The notes: generated by a model from the letters alone, not told the origin. Positions 1-10,000 are shown, numbered from the stretch's first letter. The stretch is DNA of 21,246 nt from Pirellulaceae bacterium (GCA_044359485.1 JBIKMB010000090.1:1-21246); one strand, 5' to 3'. Numbers and translations are program-made.

Positions 1-1653
1 TTGCTGGCGATGATTAGGCTGGACTCAGGCGATATTGGCATCATAACGTTATTTGCTTTGGTGATTGGCTTATTGGGCTTGGCGACACCGTTGGCAGTCG
101 AGTCGTTAGTCAATACGGTGGTTTTTGGTCGTTATGTTCAGCCGATCATTATTTTGTCGCTGATGCTGTTTGTCTTTTTGATGTTCTCCGGCTTTCTCCG
201 AATATTGCAATCTTATGCGGCGGAGATTATTCAGCGACGCATGATGGTTCGCGTGGTAGGCGACCTAGCGAATCGAATACCTCGCGCGAACATCAAGCAA
301 TGGGACACTGTTTGGGGGCCAGAGCTAACAAACCGCTTCTTTGATGTGCTGACGCTTCAAAAGTCGGTTTCAACACTTTTTGTGGACGGAATCAGTTTGA
401 TCATGCAAACCATTATTGGTTTGGCATTGCTCGGTTTTTACCATCCATTCTTGCTCGGGTTTGACATCGTTTTAGTCGCTTGCGTCGTGGTTATCATTTT
501 GGTTTTGGGGCGTGGTGGTATCAAAACGGCTGAGAATGAATCGATTGTAAAGTACAAAGTTGCTCATTGGTTGCAGGATTTAGCTGGGGCGACAACGGCT
601 TTTAAGATTCATGGTGGCCGGCAGTTGGCGGTCGACCGAGCCAACCGATTGATGGGTGAGTATGTCGCGATGAGGAGTCGCCATTTTCGCGTGTTGTTAC
701 GACAGAATGCGGCGGGGATGATTCTTTACGCAGTCGCTTCAACCGCTCTGTTGGGCTTGGGTGGGTGGTTGGTTGTGCAGGGGCGATTGTCACCGGGTCA
801 ATTGGTCGCGGCAGAACTAATTGTCACGGTGATTCTTGGGTCATTCATGAAAATTGGAAAGCAAGTTGAGACCTTTTTTGATTTGACTGCCGGTGTCAAT
901 AAACTTGGACACCTTCTCGACCTGGAGACTGATCCGCCAGGACGCTTGATTGATGTCGGTACTGGGCCTGCTCCGGTGCACTGGACCAATCTAGCCATTG
1001 AGATAGAGAATACGCACAAGGAAATGCACTTCGAAGACTATACGATCGAAGCTGGTGAAACGGTTGCGATTGTCGGGCCCAGTGGATATGGCAAGTCGCT
1101 CCTGGCGGAGGCTTTGGTGGGAATGAGGAGTCCTTGTAGTGGCTATATTGAAATCGAAGGAATCGAAGCTCGTGAAGCTTCGCGATTGAGCGATGGTGGC
1201 ATGGCTGCAATGGCTGGCGGCCGCCATGTCTTTCATGGTACTGTGGCAGAGAATATTCATCTCGGTCGTCCCACGGTAACCGATGCGGATGTGCGAGAGA
1301 GTTTGCGCAAGGTTTTGGCTTGGGATGAAGTGCTCAAATTGCCCGAGGGGATGGAGACACCATTGCTCACTGGCGGGCGTCCCTTGTCTAGCGGCCAGAT
1401 TGACCGGCTGATGATTGCCAGAGCGATCGCCGGTTCGCCCAGAGTGCTTATCCTGGATGGGGCGTTAGATGCTTTGCCGATCGATGTTCGTCAAGGAATA
1501 TGGAACAATTTGACCAATCCGAAAACAGCGACGATCATCGTGATCACCAACGAGCCAGACATCATACAGAGATGTGATAAAGTAGTGAGTTTGCCTGGAG
1601 TGGGCGGTTCAGGGGTAGTTGGTAAATTGGACTCTTCACATGCTTTTGCGTAA
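1..1653 (+). CDS. ABC transporter, fused transmembrane domain (six predicted TM helices, type I exporter fold) plus C-terminal nucleotide-binding domain; HlyB/T1SS-type. The 5' end is probably truncated by the window edge, since TM1 begins at about residue 12. The NBD motifs are degenerate.
   Basis: The translation has six hydrophobic helices in the first ~300 aa. These are followed by Walker A GPSGYGKS, ABC signature LSSGQIDRL and a Walker B-like LILDGALDAL in which Gly replaces the catalytic Glu. The H-loop region reads ITNEP with no His, and no clear Q-loop Gln is present. The ORF begins at nt 1 only because TTG is accepted as a start codon. Confidence 0.85.
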   Translation: MLAMIRLDSGDIGIITLFALVIGLLGLATPLAVESLVNTVVFGRYVQPIIILSLMLFVFLMFSGFLRILQSYAAEIIQRRMMVRVVGDLANRIPRANIKQWDTVWGPELTNRFFDVLTLQKSVSTLFVDGISLIMQTIIGLALLGFYHPFLLGFDIVLVACVVVIILVLGRGGIKTAENESIVKYKVAHWLQDLAGATTAFKIHGGRQLAVDRANRLMGEYVAMRSRHFRVLLRQNAAGMILYAVASTALLGLGGWLVVQGRLSPGQLVAAELIVTVILGSFMKIGKQVETFFDLTAGVNKLGHLLDLETDPPGRLIDVGTGPAPVHWTNLAIEIENTHKEMHFEDYTIEAGETVAIVGPSGYGKSLLAEALVGMRSPCSGYIEIEGIEAREASRLSDGGMAAMAGGRHVFHGTVAENIHLGRPTVTDADVRESLRKVLAWDEVLKLPEGMETPLLTGGRPLSSGQIDRLMIARAIAGSPRVLILDGALDALPIDVRQGIWNNLTNPKTATIIVITNEPDIIQRCDKVVSLPGVGGSGVVGKLDSSHAFA

Positions 1654-1669
1654 GACAGATGAGTAGACA

Positions 1670-3052
1670 ATGTCGACCAAATATAGACCATGGGTGAGCG
1701 GCTTTGAACTAGCGAACGAAGTAGGGGGGGATTTTCCTGCCCTATTGCTTGTTCGCTCGGTCCGCTGGATTCGCAAATTAGCCTACTACACCATGTTTGG
1801 TCTCTTGTTAGTTTTAATCGCAATGGCAGCATTGCCGTGGCAGCAAACCTCCAGAGGCGAAGGCACGGTTTCCGCTCTCAATCCGCAAGAACGGCCGCAG
1901 CAAGTGAAGTCGCAGTATGATGGCATCGTCAAGCGAATTGCGGATGGGATGGTAGAAGGAAGAAGGGTTAAGAAAGGGGATTTTATCCTAGAGTTAGAAC
2001 CGACTGCGGCAGAGGAGTTAGCCCAGACCGATGCGATCTTGAATTTGTTGGAAGAGCAGTTGCGAGCCGAGCAATCCGAGTACGAGTTGTATCAATCCCA
2101 AGTGGAGCTAGCCGAATCAACACGGGATGCCAACATAGAGAAGCAGGAACTGGCGATTCAGACGGCGGAGTTTAAGTTGCAGGAAAAAGATTCGCTGATT
2201 CGCAAGTACAAGGTTGAATTGGAGCTAGCAAAATTAAATCGGGCACAAAGCGATCGATTGATAGCTGTTGGTGTGGAAGCGGGATTGGATAATGCGGCGT
2301 ATCGGGCCAAAGAAAATAGTTTGATCGAGGAATTAACCGCCAATTCACAATCGCGATCGGCGATCGAAACGGAGATCGGTGAGAAAAAGGCGGAACTGAA
2401 CAAGATCATCGCCGAGGGTAATGACAAAGTTGCCAGTGCAAAGACGAAAGTTCAGAGCGCTTATGGCAAATTGCAGATGACACAGCAGAAGATGAATGAT
2501 ACTAAAATAAAGCGGGGAGCATTGGATCGACTCAATCAGGATGCTCCCTGCGATGGGGTGCTTTATCGTTTGGTGACAGCCGAAGGTGCTTCAACAGTCA
2601 AAAAGGGGGATGAATTGTTTACGATCGTTCCCGATGTGAAAGAGTTGGCTGTCGAAATGGTGGTTTCGGGTAACGATACCTCCTTTATTCGTGAGGGCCA
2701 GGAAGTTAGGTTGCAGTTTGAAGGCTGGCCAGCGGTCCAATTGATCGGTTGGCCCTCGATTGCGATTGGAACATTTGGCGGTCGGGTAAAGATGATTGAC
2801 AAGTTTAGCGAGGGGGCTGGCAAGTTTCGAATACTTGTGGTTCCAGATCCTGAGCTGGATGTATTGAGCGGTCAGCGCCCCTGGCCGACTGAGTTATTGC
2901 GTCAAGGAATGCGTGCCAACGGATGGGTCATGCTTAATGAAGTAACACTGGGATTCGAAATATGGCGACAGTTGAATGGATTCCCGCCATCGCTGGACGA
3001 AGATGCGTCAGGCGAAGAAGAGAAGGCCAAGAAAGTCAAGTTACCGAAGTAA
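1670..3052 (+). CDS. HlyD-family membrane fusion protein (periplasmic adaptor) of a type I secretion/efflux system
   Basis: It has a short cytoplasmic N-terminus, one TM helix (YYTMFGLLLVLIAMAALPW) and a long heptad-rich coiled-coil region (EQLRAEQSEYELYQSQVELAE...KYKVELELAKLN...). The C-terminal beta-rich segment (VKKGDELFTIVP..., QEVRLQFEGWP) is typical of HlyD/EmrA adaptors. The ATG at 1670 lies 17 nt after the ABC gene stop, consistent with an operon. Confidence 0.85.
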   Translation: MSTKYRPWVSGFELANEVGGDFPALLLVRSVRWIRKLAYYTMFGLLLVLIAMAALPWQQTSRGEGTVSALNPQERPQQVKSQYDGIVKRIADGMVEGRRVKKGDFILELEPTAAEELAQTDAILNLLEEQLRAEQSEYELYQSQVELAESTRDANIEKQELAIQTAEFKLQEKDSLIRKYKVELELAKLNRAQSDRLIAVGVEAGLDNAAYRAKENSLIEELTANSQSRSAIETEIGEKKAELNKIIAEGNDKVASAKTKVQSAYGKLQMTQQKMNDTKIKRGALDRLNQDAPCDGVLYRLVTAEGASTVKKGDELFTIVPDVKELAVEMVVSGNDTSFIREGQEVRLQFEGWPAVQLIGWPSIAIGTFGGRVKMIDKFSEGAGKFRILVVPDPELDVLSGQRPWPTELLRQGMRANGWVMLNEVTLGFEIWRQLNGFPPSLDEDASGEEEKAKKVKLPK

Positions 3053-4920
3053 CGCAGTCTTTTTTCGGAACTTCGTTAGGGGCGACTCGGCTCGTAATTT
3101 GTTTACTACTGTTCATTACCTTCAGTTGCGCTTTCCGTTCTCGGAGCGTAGCATGTCAGGATAATGAGGAGGAAGTGATTGAGCCACAGAGAGTCGTGGC
3201 GGAGAGTGTTGTGCCGGAAGTTGCTCAACCTCAGGGCGTTGAGCTACAGGCGATCCGTTCAGCAAGCGGTATTGTGATACCTGCGCAAGAGCCTCAAGTT
3301 CAGGAGGGTAGGCCGCAGGGAGATTTGGCATTGCCTGCAACCATAGCTCCTCAAGTAACACCGGGTCAGAAACCCAACCCGATCGGAAATCCGAACCCGC
3401 CTCAAGATCCGAACCAGATTATCGATCCGAGCAAATTGTCTCAACCTTCTTTCGAAGAACTTCAGTCACAGTTGCCAGAGGGATTAAGGCGAGCTATCGA
3501 GGAACCTGAGAATGAAGGGAATCCCTCGGCATTAACGTTGAGCGATGTGATTGCATCGGTTTATCGAGCTTATCCGACGATTGAAGCGATTCGAATTCAG
3601 CGGCAAGTGGCTGATGGCGATTTATTGGCAACCTTTGGAGAATTTGATACGAAGATTCTCGCCGATACGATGAACGAGCCGACGGGATTCTACGAAAATT
3701 ATCGCCATGGGATTGGAGTAGCTCGCAACACATGGTGGGGCGGTTACTTAGCTACCGGTTATCGCATTGGACGCGGCGAGTATCAGCCGTGGTATAAAGA
3801 GCGAGAGACCTTGGATGGTGGTGAATTCAAGTTGGCCTACATTCAGCCGCTTCTGCAGGGGCGTGACATTGACCCAAGACGCGTGGCGGTTTTTCAGAAT
3901 CGAATTGCTGTGCAGGTTGTAGAACCGCAATTACAGACCGCAATTCTGCAGACATCTTTAGAGGCCGCAACGGTATATTGGGACTGGTTAGCCGCGGGTC
4001 GGAATCTGCGTGTGCAGCAGCAGCTCTTGGCGTTGGCGAGGCAAAGAGTGGCGCAGATACGAGAATTAATTGCCGCCCAACGACGGGCCAAAGTTGATGA
4101 GCTTTTTAATGACGTGTTGATAGCGCAGCGTCTTACCAAGGTCATTGAATCCGAACAAAAATTGCAGCAATCAACATTTAAGCTTGCGCTTTATTTGCGA
4201 GATGAAGGTGGTTCACCTTTGGTAGCGGATACTGGTTGGTTGCCCTCTTCGTTTCCGCCGTTGAGCGATACGCGGGAGATCGATGTGCAGCAGCAGATCG
4301 ATGAAGCTTTAGATCGACGTCCGGAGTTGGTCGAATTGCGTTTGCAAAACGAGGCTGTCCAGTGGGATCGCCGTTGGGCACAAAACCAGTTGCAGGGGCG
4401 GCTCGATTTCGTGGGTGAGATATCGCAAGATGTGGGACCCACGACGAGCAAGAATCGAGACAAGCAGCAATTTGAAGGTGAATTTGGTTTGACCTATGAA
4501 TATCCTTGGCAACTGCGCAAGGCTCGCGGAAAGCTGCGATCGACGGCCGCTAAATTGCAGCAAATCGATCAGAAAAGTCGTTTGCAAATGGACAAGATTT
4601 CGCTGGAAGTCCAAGCCGCAATTGTCGCTTTGCAGCGATCCCAAGAAGTGATCGAGCAATTGGTAAAAGTGGTCGAAACCCAAACACAGGTACTGGAGTT
4701 GCAAGAGATTCAGTTCAATACAGGGCGTATTGACTTGATCGAACTCAATTTGCAGGAACAGTTAATTACCAACTTAAAAATGGATTTGATTATGGCTCAG
4801 CGGGATTGGTTTACGGCGCTGAGCCAATTGGCGACTGCTACCGGTCTAGACCCGCTCGAGCAGGCTTTGCGATTGGAGACGATTCCCGATGGTACCCAAT
4901 CACCGGCTCCAGGGCGGTGA
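2962..4920 (+). CDS. TolC-like outer membrane factor (outer membrane efflux protein family) with an N-terminal signal/anchor segment and a Pro/Gln-rich linker
   Basis: A hydrophobic signal-like segment (RLVICLLLFITFSCAF) is followed by a low-complexity linker rich in P, Q and N. Two OEP-type repeat halves then follow (LTLSDVIASVYRAYPTIEAIRIQRQ... and IDEALDRRPELVELRLQNEAVQWDRRW...) with long predicted coiled coils. The start is uncertain: the only canonical start in frame is the ATG at 2962, which overlaps the hlyD-like gene by 91 nt. Confidence 0.75.
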   Translation: MATVEWIPAIAGRRCVRRRREGQESQVTEVTQSFFGTSLGATRLVICLLLFITFSCAFRSRSVACQDNEEEVIEPQRVVAESVVPEVAQPQGVELQAIRSASGIVIPAQEPQVQEGRPQGDLALPATIAPQVTPGQKPNPIGNPNPPQDPNQIIDPSKLSQPSFEELQSQLPEGLRRAIEEPENEGNPSALTLSDVIASVYRAYPTIEAIRIQRQVADGDLLATFGEFDTKILADTMNEPTGFYENYRHGIGVARNTWWGGYLATGYRIGRGEYQPWYKERETLDGGEFKLAYIQPLLQGRDIDPRRVAVFQNRIAVQVVEPQLQTAILQTSLEAATVYWDWLAAGRNLRVQQQLLALARQRVAQIRELIAAQRRAKVDELFNDVLIAQRLTKVIESEQKLQQSTFKLALYLRDEGGSPLVADTGWLPSSFPPLSDTREIDVQQQIDEALDRRPELVELRLQNEAVQWDRRWAQNQLQGRLDFVGEISQDVGPTTSKNRDKQQFEGEFGLTYEYPWQLRKARGKLRSTAAKLQQIDQKSRLQMDKISLEVQAAIVALQRSQEVIEQLVKVVETQTQVLELQEIQFNTGRIDLIELNLQEQLITNLKMDLIMAQRDWFTALSQLATATGLDPLEQALRLETIPDGTQSPAPGR

Positions 4921-5097
4921 ACAGGTATTACGGTATCTCTGCAAATTGGAACGCAAAAGGAGGTTGAGGGAAAGGTTTTTTTCAACTTGAGGGTGAGTCG
5001 GGTTGGCGTGGTGCAAGCTAAAAGCGTATAACGCTTACCTTTCCAGCACTTCGATGCTAATTCGATTTTTAAGTTTATCCATCGAGATCATGACGCC

Positions 5098-6111
5098 GTG
5101 GCCTTTGCACATCTAGGACCTATCGCGATAGCCTTTCCTAAGCGACTGGAAACCAATGCTCAGCTGCAAGCGGAGTTTCCGGAGTGGGATTTAAACCAAA
5201 TTGAAGAGAAGACGGGTATAGGCGCCCGCTATGTTGCCGAGCCTGGGCAGTGCGCTTCCGATCTGGCCGTAGAGGCGTGCGAGAAACTGTTTGCCGAAAA
5301 TCAGGTCGATCGAGCGGAAATCGATTTTTTGCTGTTGTGCACCCAAACGCCCGATTATCCGTTGCCAACTACGGCATGCCTTCTGCAAAATCGGCTTGGG
5401 CTATCGACTGGGATAGGAGCTCTCGATTTCAACCTCGGCTGTTCGGGATTTGTCTACGGATTATCGCTAGCCGACGGGCTCATTCGCAGCGGTGTGGCGA
5501 AGAAGATATTATTGATCACAGCGGATACTTACTCCAAATACATCGATCGAGCCGATCGAAGCCTGCGTACAATTTTTGGCGATGCGGCGGCGGTAACGCT
5601 AATCGAGGCGAGAGAGCAGCAAGAGGTATCGGGTTTTGTTTTTGGTACCGATGGTAGCGGAGCCGATACGCTATTGGTAGGCGAAGGTGGTTGCCGCGGA
5701 CCCGAAGAAGCGATTCGACCTCGGGGAAGAAAACGGTGGAAAAGCCGCTTGTATATGGATGGCCCAAGCCTAATGGCTTTTACCGTCGAAGCGATTCCTA
5801 TGCTGGTTGATACCGTGGCGGCCAAAGCAGGAGTTCGTAAAGAATCGATCGATTGGTTTCTTTTGCACCAAGCGTCGTATAAAATGTTGTCTCAGTTGCA
5901 AGGACGAATTGGATATGGCAACGAGAAAATTCCGATTCGCTTGCGAGAGTATGGTAACACCGTCTCTTGCACGATTCCCTTATTGATTCACGATATGCGT
6001 AAAAGTGGTGAGATCAAACTGGGCTCGACCTTGATGTTGGTGGGTTTTGGTGTGGGGTGGTCCTGGGCAGGTTGCGTATGGCGGGAGACGCATGCGCCAT
6101 GTTTGGCTTAG
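5098..6111 (+). CDS. 3-oxoacyl-ACP synthase III (KAS III, FabH family)
   Basis: The N-terminal FabH pattern IAFPKRLETNAQL...EEKTGIGARY is present. A Cys-His-Asn triad is present in conserved contexts (NLGCSGFVYGL, FLLHQASYKML, EYGNTVSCTIPLL). Length is 337 aa with a GTG start. An Arg-rich insertion of roughly 9 aa (RGPEEAIRPRGRKRWKSR) precedes the MDG motif. Confidence 0.85.
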   Translation: MAFAHLGPIAIAFPKRLETNAQLQAEFPEWDLNQIEEKTGIGARYVAEPGQCASDLAVEACEKLFAENQVDRAEIDFLLLCTQTPDYPLPTTACLLQNRLGLSTGIGALDFNLGCSGFVYGLSLADGLIRSGVAKKILLITADTYSKYIDRADRSLRTIFGDAAAVTLIEAREQQEVSGFVFGTDGSGADTLLVGEGGCRGPEEAIRPRGRKRWKSRLYMDGPSLMAFTVEAIPMLVDTVAAKAGVRKESIDWFLLHQASYKMLSQLQGRIGYGNEKIPIRLREYGNTVSCTIPLLIHDMRKSGEIKLGSTLMLVGFGVGWSWAGCVWRETHAPCLA

Positions 6112-6650
6112 AAGGTAAATTGCTCATCGCTTCGCCACAATTGCAGGATCCGAATTTCTATCGGTCTGTGGTTTTCATTATTCGGCACGACGAAGAAGGA
6201 GCATATGGTTTGGTCGTCAATCGTCCAACCAATCAATGCGTCGCCAAAGTAATGGAAATGCTCCTAGAGAGCCCGTGTCATCGCTCGGGCTTTATCATGA
6301 ACGGCGGGCCCGTCGAAGGCCCCTTGGTGGTTCTTCACGATTCCCCCAGCACATCCGATATCGAATGTGGTCATGAGCTATACCTGGCCAGTTGCCAAGA
6401 ACGCGTGCGTGAACTTATGGCCATCGATGATGGGCATGCACTGATTTTTGATGGTTACTCCGGTTGGGGCCCCGGACAACTCGAAGAAGAGTTGAAGATT
6501 GGGGGATGGTTGGTCGCCGAAACCGATGTTTCCGAGCTTTTCGGCGAAAACGCCGAGATTTGGGAACGTACATTGAGGCGAATCGGCCGTGACATCATCG
6601 CCTCAATTACGGGTAATGTCCCGTTGCCACCCGATCCAACGATCAACTAA
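6099..6650 (+). CDS. YqgE/AlgH family protein (UPF0301/DUF179)
   Basis: The family's N-terminal signature is present (LEGKLLIASPQLQDPNFYRSVVFIIRHDEEGAYGLVVNRP). The ATG at 6099 is preferred over the ORF-track start at 6057, which would overlap the FabH-like gene by 55 nt. Confidence 0.75.
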   Translation: MFGLEGKLLIASPQLQDPNFYRSVVFIIRHDEEGAYGLVVNRPTNQCVAKVMEMLLESPCHRSGFIMNGGPVEGPLVVLHDSPSTSDIECGHELYLASCQERVRELMAIDDGHALIFDGYSGWGPGQLEEELKIGGWLVAETDVSELFGENAEIWERTLRRIGRDIIASITGNVPLPPDPTIN

Positions 6651-6819
6651 CTTTTCGGTAACGGTAGCCATTCGAAGGTATCCGAACCAATGCCGGTCGA
6701 CTTGGTTTAAAATCATTCCCTTCCGGACCTGGATTTCGTGAAAAATAGCGCGAGGATTTGTTCCAGCTTCGAATTGGTTGAACCTCCAAGCCGTCGGATG
6801 GTCGATACCAGTCCTTATC

Positions 6820-6845
6820 GGGAATTCGTTAAAATGCGAATTCCC
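6820..6845. promoter_or_regulatory. Perfect 9-bp inverted repeat GGGAATTCG-N8-CGAATTCCC in the 376-nt leader upstream of the FAAL-ACP-AOS gene; candidate operator/regulatory hairpin
   Basis: Read directly from the sequence: gggaattcg ttaaaatg cgaattccc. It lies about 180 nt upstream of the ATG at 7027. No T-tract follows it, so it is not a classical terminator. Confidence 0.3.
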
Positions 6846-7026
6846 TGTAAATAGTGGCCTTACTATGGTGGCCTCGTTTGGGGCGTGAATTTTTGGAAGT
6901 TGTTAGGTACAATCCGCTATATTCTCTAGCTTTCGTAAACCCTGCAGATGGGAAGTTTGCAGGGGGAGACCCTTTGGTCTGGAGCGAATGTTGGAATTGG
7001 CGGGAGTTAGCAAGCATGGGTGAACC

Positions 7027-10000
7027 ATGAATGAGTTGGAGCCTGCGGACGTATCGAAATATTTTCCGACGTACGCTGTTCCTCAGACCGATTTAGTTTC
7101 GGCTGCACAGTTTTGGGCAGCTAAGACTCCAGACAATCCTGTGTTCTACTTTACCGATGGTGAAGATGGTGAGGATGTATGTCTGACGTATCGGCAGTTG
7201 GATCAGGCAGCGCGTGCGATTGCTTCGCGCCTTCAGCAAGCGGGTAGTGCCGAAGGGCAAAGGGTATTGTTGCTTTATCCGCCGGGACTCGATTTCGTGG
7301 TCGGTTTCTTTGGCACACTGTATGCCGGCGCGATTGCGGTTCCAGCGTTTCCTCCTCGCAAGAATCGCAGGGGGGCCCGCATTCAAAGTATCGCGGAGGA
7401 TTGCTCGGCGAATTGGGCGTTGAGCATCACCAGTGTTTGTGATTTGATTCATTCGGACGACAGCGCTCAGCAGGATTTGACGGGTGTGTCGATATTGGCC
7501 ACCGATCAAATCTCGTTGTCTCTCGCAGATCAATATAAGCCGGTAGCGATCAACCAGTTGGCACCTGCCGTTTTGCAATACACCTCCGGCTCTACTGGGC
7601 AACCGAAGGGTGTGGTTTTGAGCCATGCTTGTTTGGTGCGAAATTCTGAATTGATTTTGCTGGCCTTTGAACCGGGGCCTGGGGGAGGCTGCAGTTGGTT
7701 GCCGTTGTATCATGACATGGGACTGGTGGGTGGAGTTTTGGAACCGGTCTTTTTGGGACGTCCCAATGTTTTGATGAGTCCGATGAGTTTCTTGCAGCGG
7801 CCGGCAAGATGGTTGCGAACGATATCCAAATATCGTGTCGCCGTCAGTGGTGGACCGAATTTTGCTTATCAACTCTGCGTCGACAAAGTGACCGAGGCGG
7901 ACATGGAGGGGATCGACTTAAGTTGTTGGTCGGTCGCTTATAACGGAGCCGAACCGGTTCGGGCATCGACCTTAACGCAGTTTAGTGAGAAGTTTGAGAA
8001 ATATGGTTTCAATAAATCCGCATTTCTTCCATGTTATGGGATGGCTGAAACGACGTTGATTGTTACCGGTGGACCCACATCGACCCGTCCTTTCTTCCGA
8101 ACCTTTGATGCTCAGGCACTGGATCAGCGCAAAGTGCAACCGCTTGCTGCGGACGATGGATCGGACAAGTGCCGAACGTTGGTCGGTTGCGGAGCTGTAT
8201 TGTCCAATGAAAACGTGATTGTGGTGGATCCGGACACGTTGGAGGAGCTGCCGCCAGGGCGAGTGGGAGAGATTTGGATACAGAGCCCGAGTGTGGGCAA
8301 AGGATATTGGCGGAAACCGCAGGAAAGCCAGCGGACATTTCAGGCATTTACGGTTGCAGGCCGAGGGCCCTTTTTGCGGACGGGCGACTTAGGTTTTCTG
8401 CATGAGAATCAGTTGTTTGTCGCGGGTCGATTGAAGGACATGATCATTGTCCGCGGGGTGAATCGCTATCCTCAAGATATTGAGTTGACTGTCGAAGAAT
8501 CGCACAAGAGTATCCAGTCTGGCTCGGTGGCGGCGTTTTCCTTGCAAGTCGATGAACGCGAGCGACTGGTCGTTACGGCAGAAGTCCAGCGTGGTGCTCA
8601 GCAGAATTGGGACGAAGTGATACAGGCGATTCGTCGTAGAGTTACCGAAGTACATGAACTCCCTCCCGAAGCCATCGCGTTGGTCCGCTTTGGAACTCTC
8701 CCGAAAACCTCGAGCGGAAAAATTCAGCGGCATGCCTGCATGAATGATTACAAAAACAATGCGTTGAAATTGGTGGCGCATTGGAAGTTGGGCGAAGTGC
8801 AAATGCTTAAGCAGGAGCCGATGATTGCGGCCTCGACCATTGATGCGCCGGTTCGAGATAGTGGTTCGATCAAGAGTCTATTGAGCGACCCCAAGCTGAA
8901 TGAAAAAGATCCGCATCCAGAAATTGTACGCGTCGTGATAGCAGCGGTGAAAGCGATCGCTCAAGAGCGGGCCGAAAATGTAAGTATTGATACGAACATC
9001 GTCTTGGACTTGGGGCTTGATTCGTTGGAACGATTGCAGATTGCGCATTCCTTGGAACAGCAATTTGGGGGTCGGTTCCCTGAGGATATCTTGCAAGATA
9101 TTGAAACGGTGCGGCAGGTATCGGCAGCGATCGAGGAATTGTTTGGAGTCGAACGCATTCATCGCAGTTTGACCGAGGCGGTTGCTGCAGAAGAAGTCTT
9201 ATACAGTCGCGAAGTGACACCCGAGGATTATCAATTTGATTTGATTCCCGAGTATCGTCGTCTCAAGATGACGATGGCCGAACTGTTATCGACCGGAGTG
9301 CGCAATCCTTATTTTGCCGCGCATCAAGGCGTGGTTCGCGACACGACAACGATCGGTGGTCGCGAGTTGATCAGTTTCGCATCGTATAACTATCTTGGCA
9401 TGAGCGGTGATCCCGCCGTCAACAAGGCTGTGGTGGAAGCGGTTCACAAATATGGAACCAGTTGCTCGGCATCGCGTTTGGTGAGTGGCGAAAAAGACCT
9501 GCACCAAAAACTAGAGCGTCGCATCGCCAAGTGGATCGGCGTCGAAGATAGTATTGTGATGGTGGGGGGGCATGCGACCAATGAATCGGTGATTGGGCAT
9601 TTGCTCGGTCCTGGCGATTTGATTTTGCATGATTCGTTATCCCACAATAGTATCGTGCAAGGAGCAATACTCTCGGGTGCAAGAAGACGTGCATTCCCGC
9701 ACAATGATTGGCGAGCGCTCGAACGAATCCTGCAAGATATCCGCGACAAGTATCGACGTGTGTTGGTGATTGTCGAAGGCGTCTACAGCATGGATGGTGA
9801 TTATCCCGACTTGCCAAAGTTTGTTGACATCAAGCAGCGAAACAAATGTTGGTTGATGGTCGATGAAGCGCATTCCATCGGCACCATGGGTAAGACGGGA
9901 CGTGGTATTAGCGAACACTTTGGTCTAGATGCCAATGTCGTCGACATTTGGATGGGAACGCTCAGCAAGTCGTTCGGTTCATGCGGCGGCTATATCGCTG

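Noticed and set aside
4940-5010. Possible weak hairpin with a T-run (GTTGA-N14-TCAAC, tttttttc) after the TolC-like gene
   Set aside because: The stem is only 5 bp with a 14-nt loop, so this is not a convincing intrinsic terminator.
6057-6098. Upstream extension of the AlgH-like ORF from the start at 6057
   Set aside because: It would overlap the FabH-like gene by 55 nt. The conserved family N-terminus begins right after the ATG at 6099, so the shorter start is more plausible.
6866-6935. Possible sigma70-like hexamers (GTGAAT ... TACAAT, or TTGGAA-N9-TACAAT) upstream of the FAAL gene
   Set aside because: Spacing and the -35 match are poor in both variants. Promoter consensus for this lineage is not known to me. 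This is not reportable as a promoter beyond a note.
7093-7872. 259-aa ORF on the minus strand inside the FAAL domain coding region
   Set aside because: It is antisense to a strongly supported, motif-rich CDS. Its composition is Arg/Gln/Ser-rich and low-complexity, and it has no recognisable motifs. It is a typical shadow ORF of a gene in this GC range.
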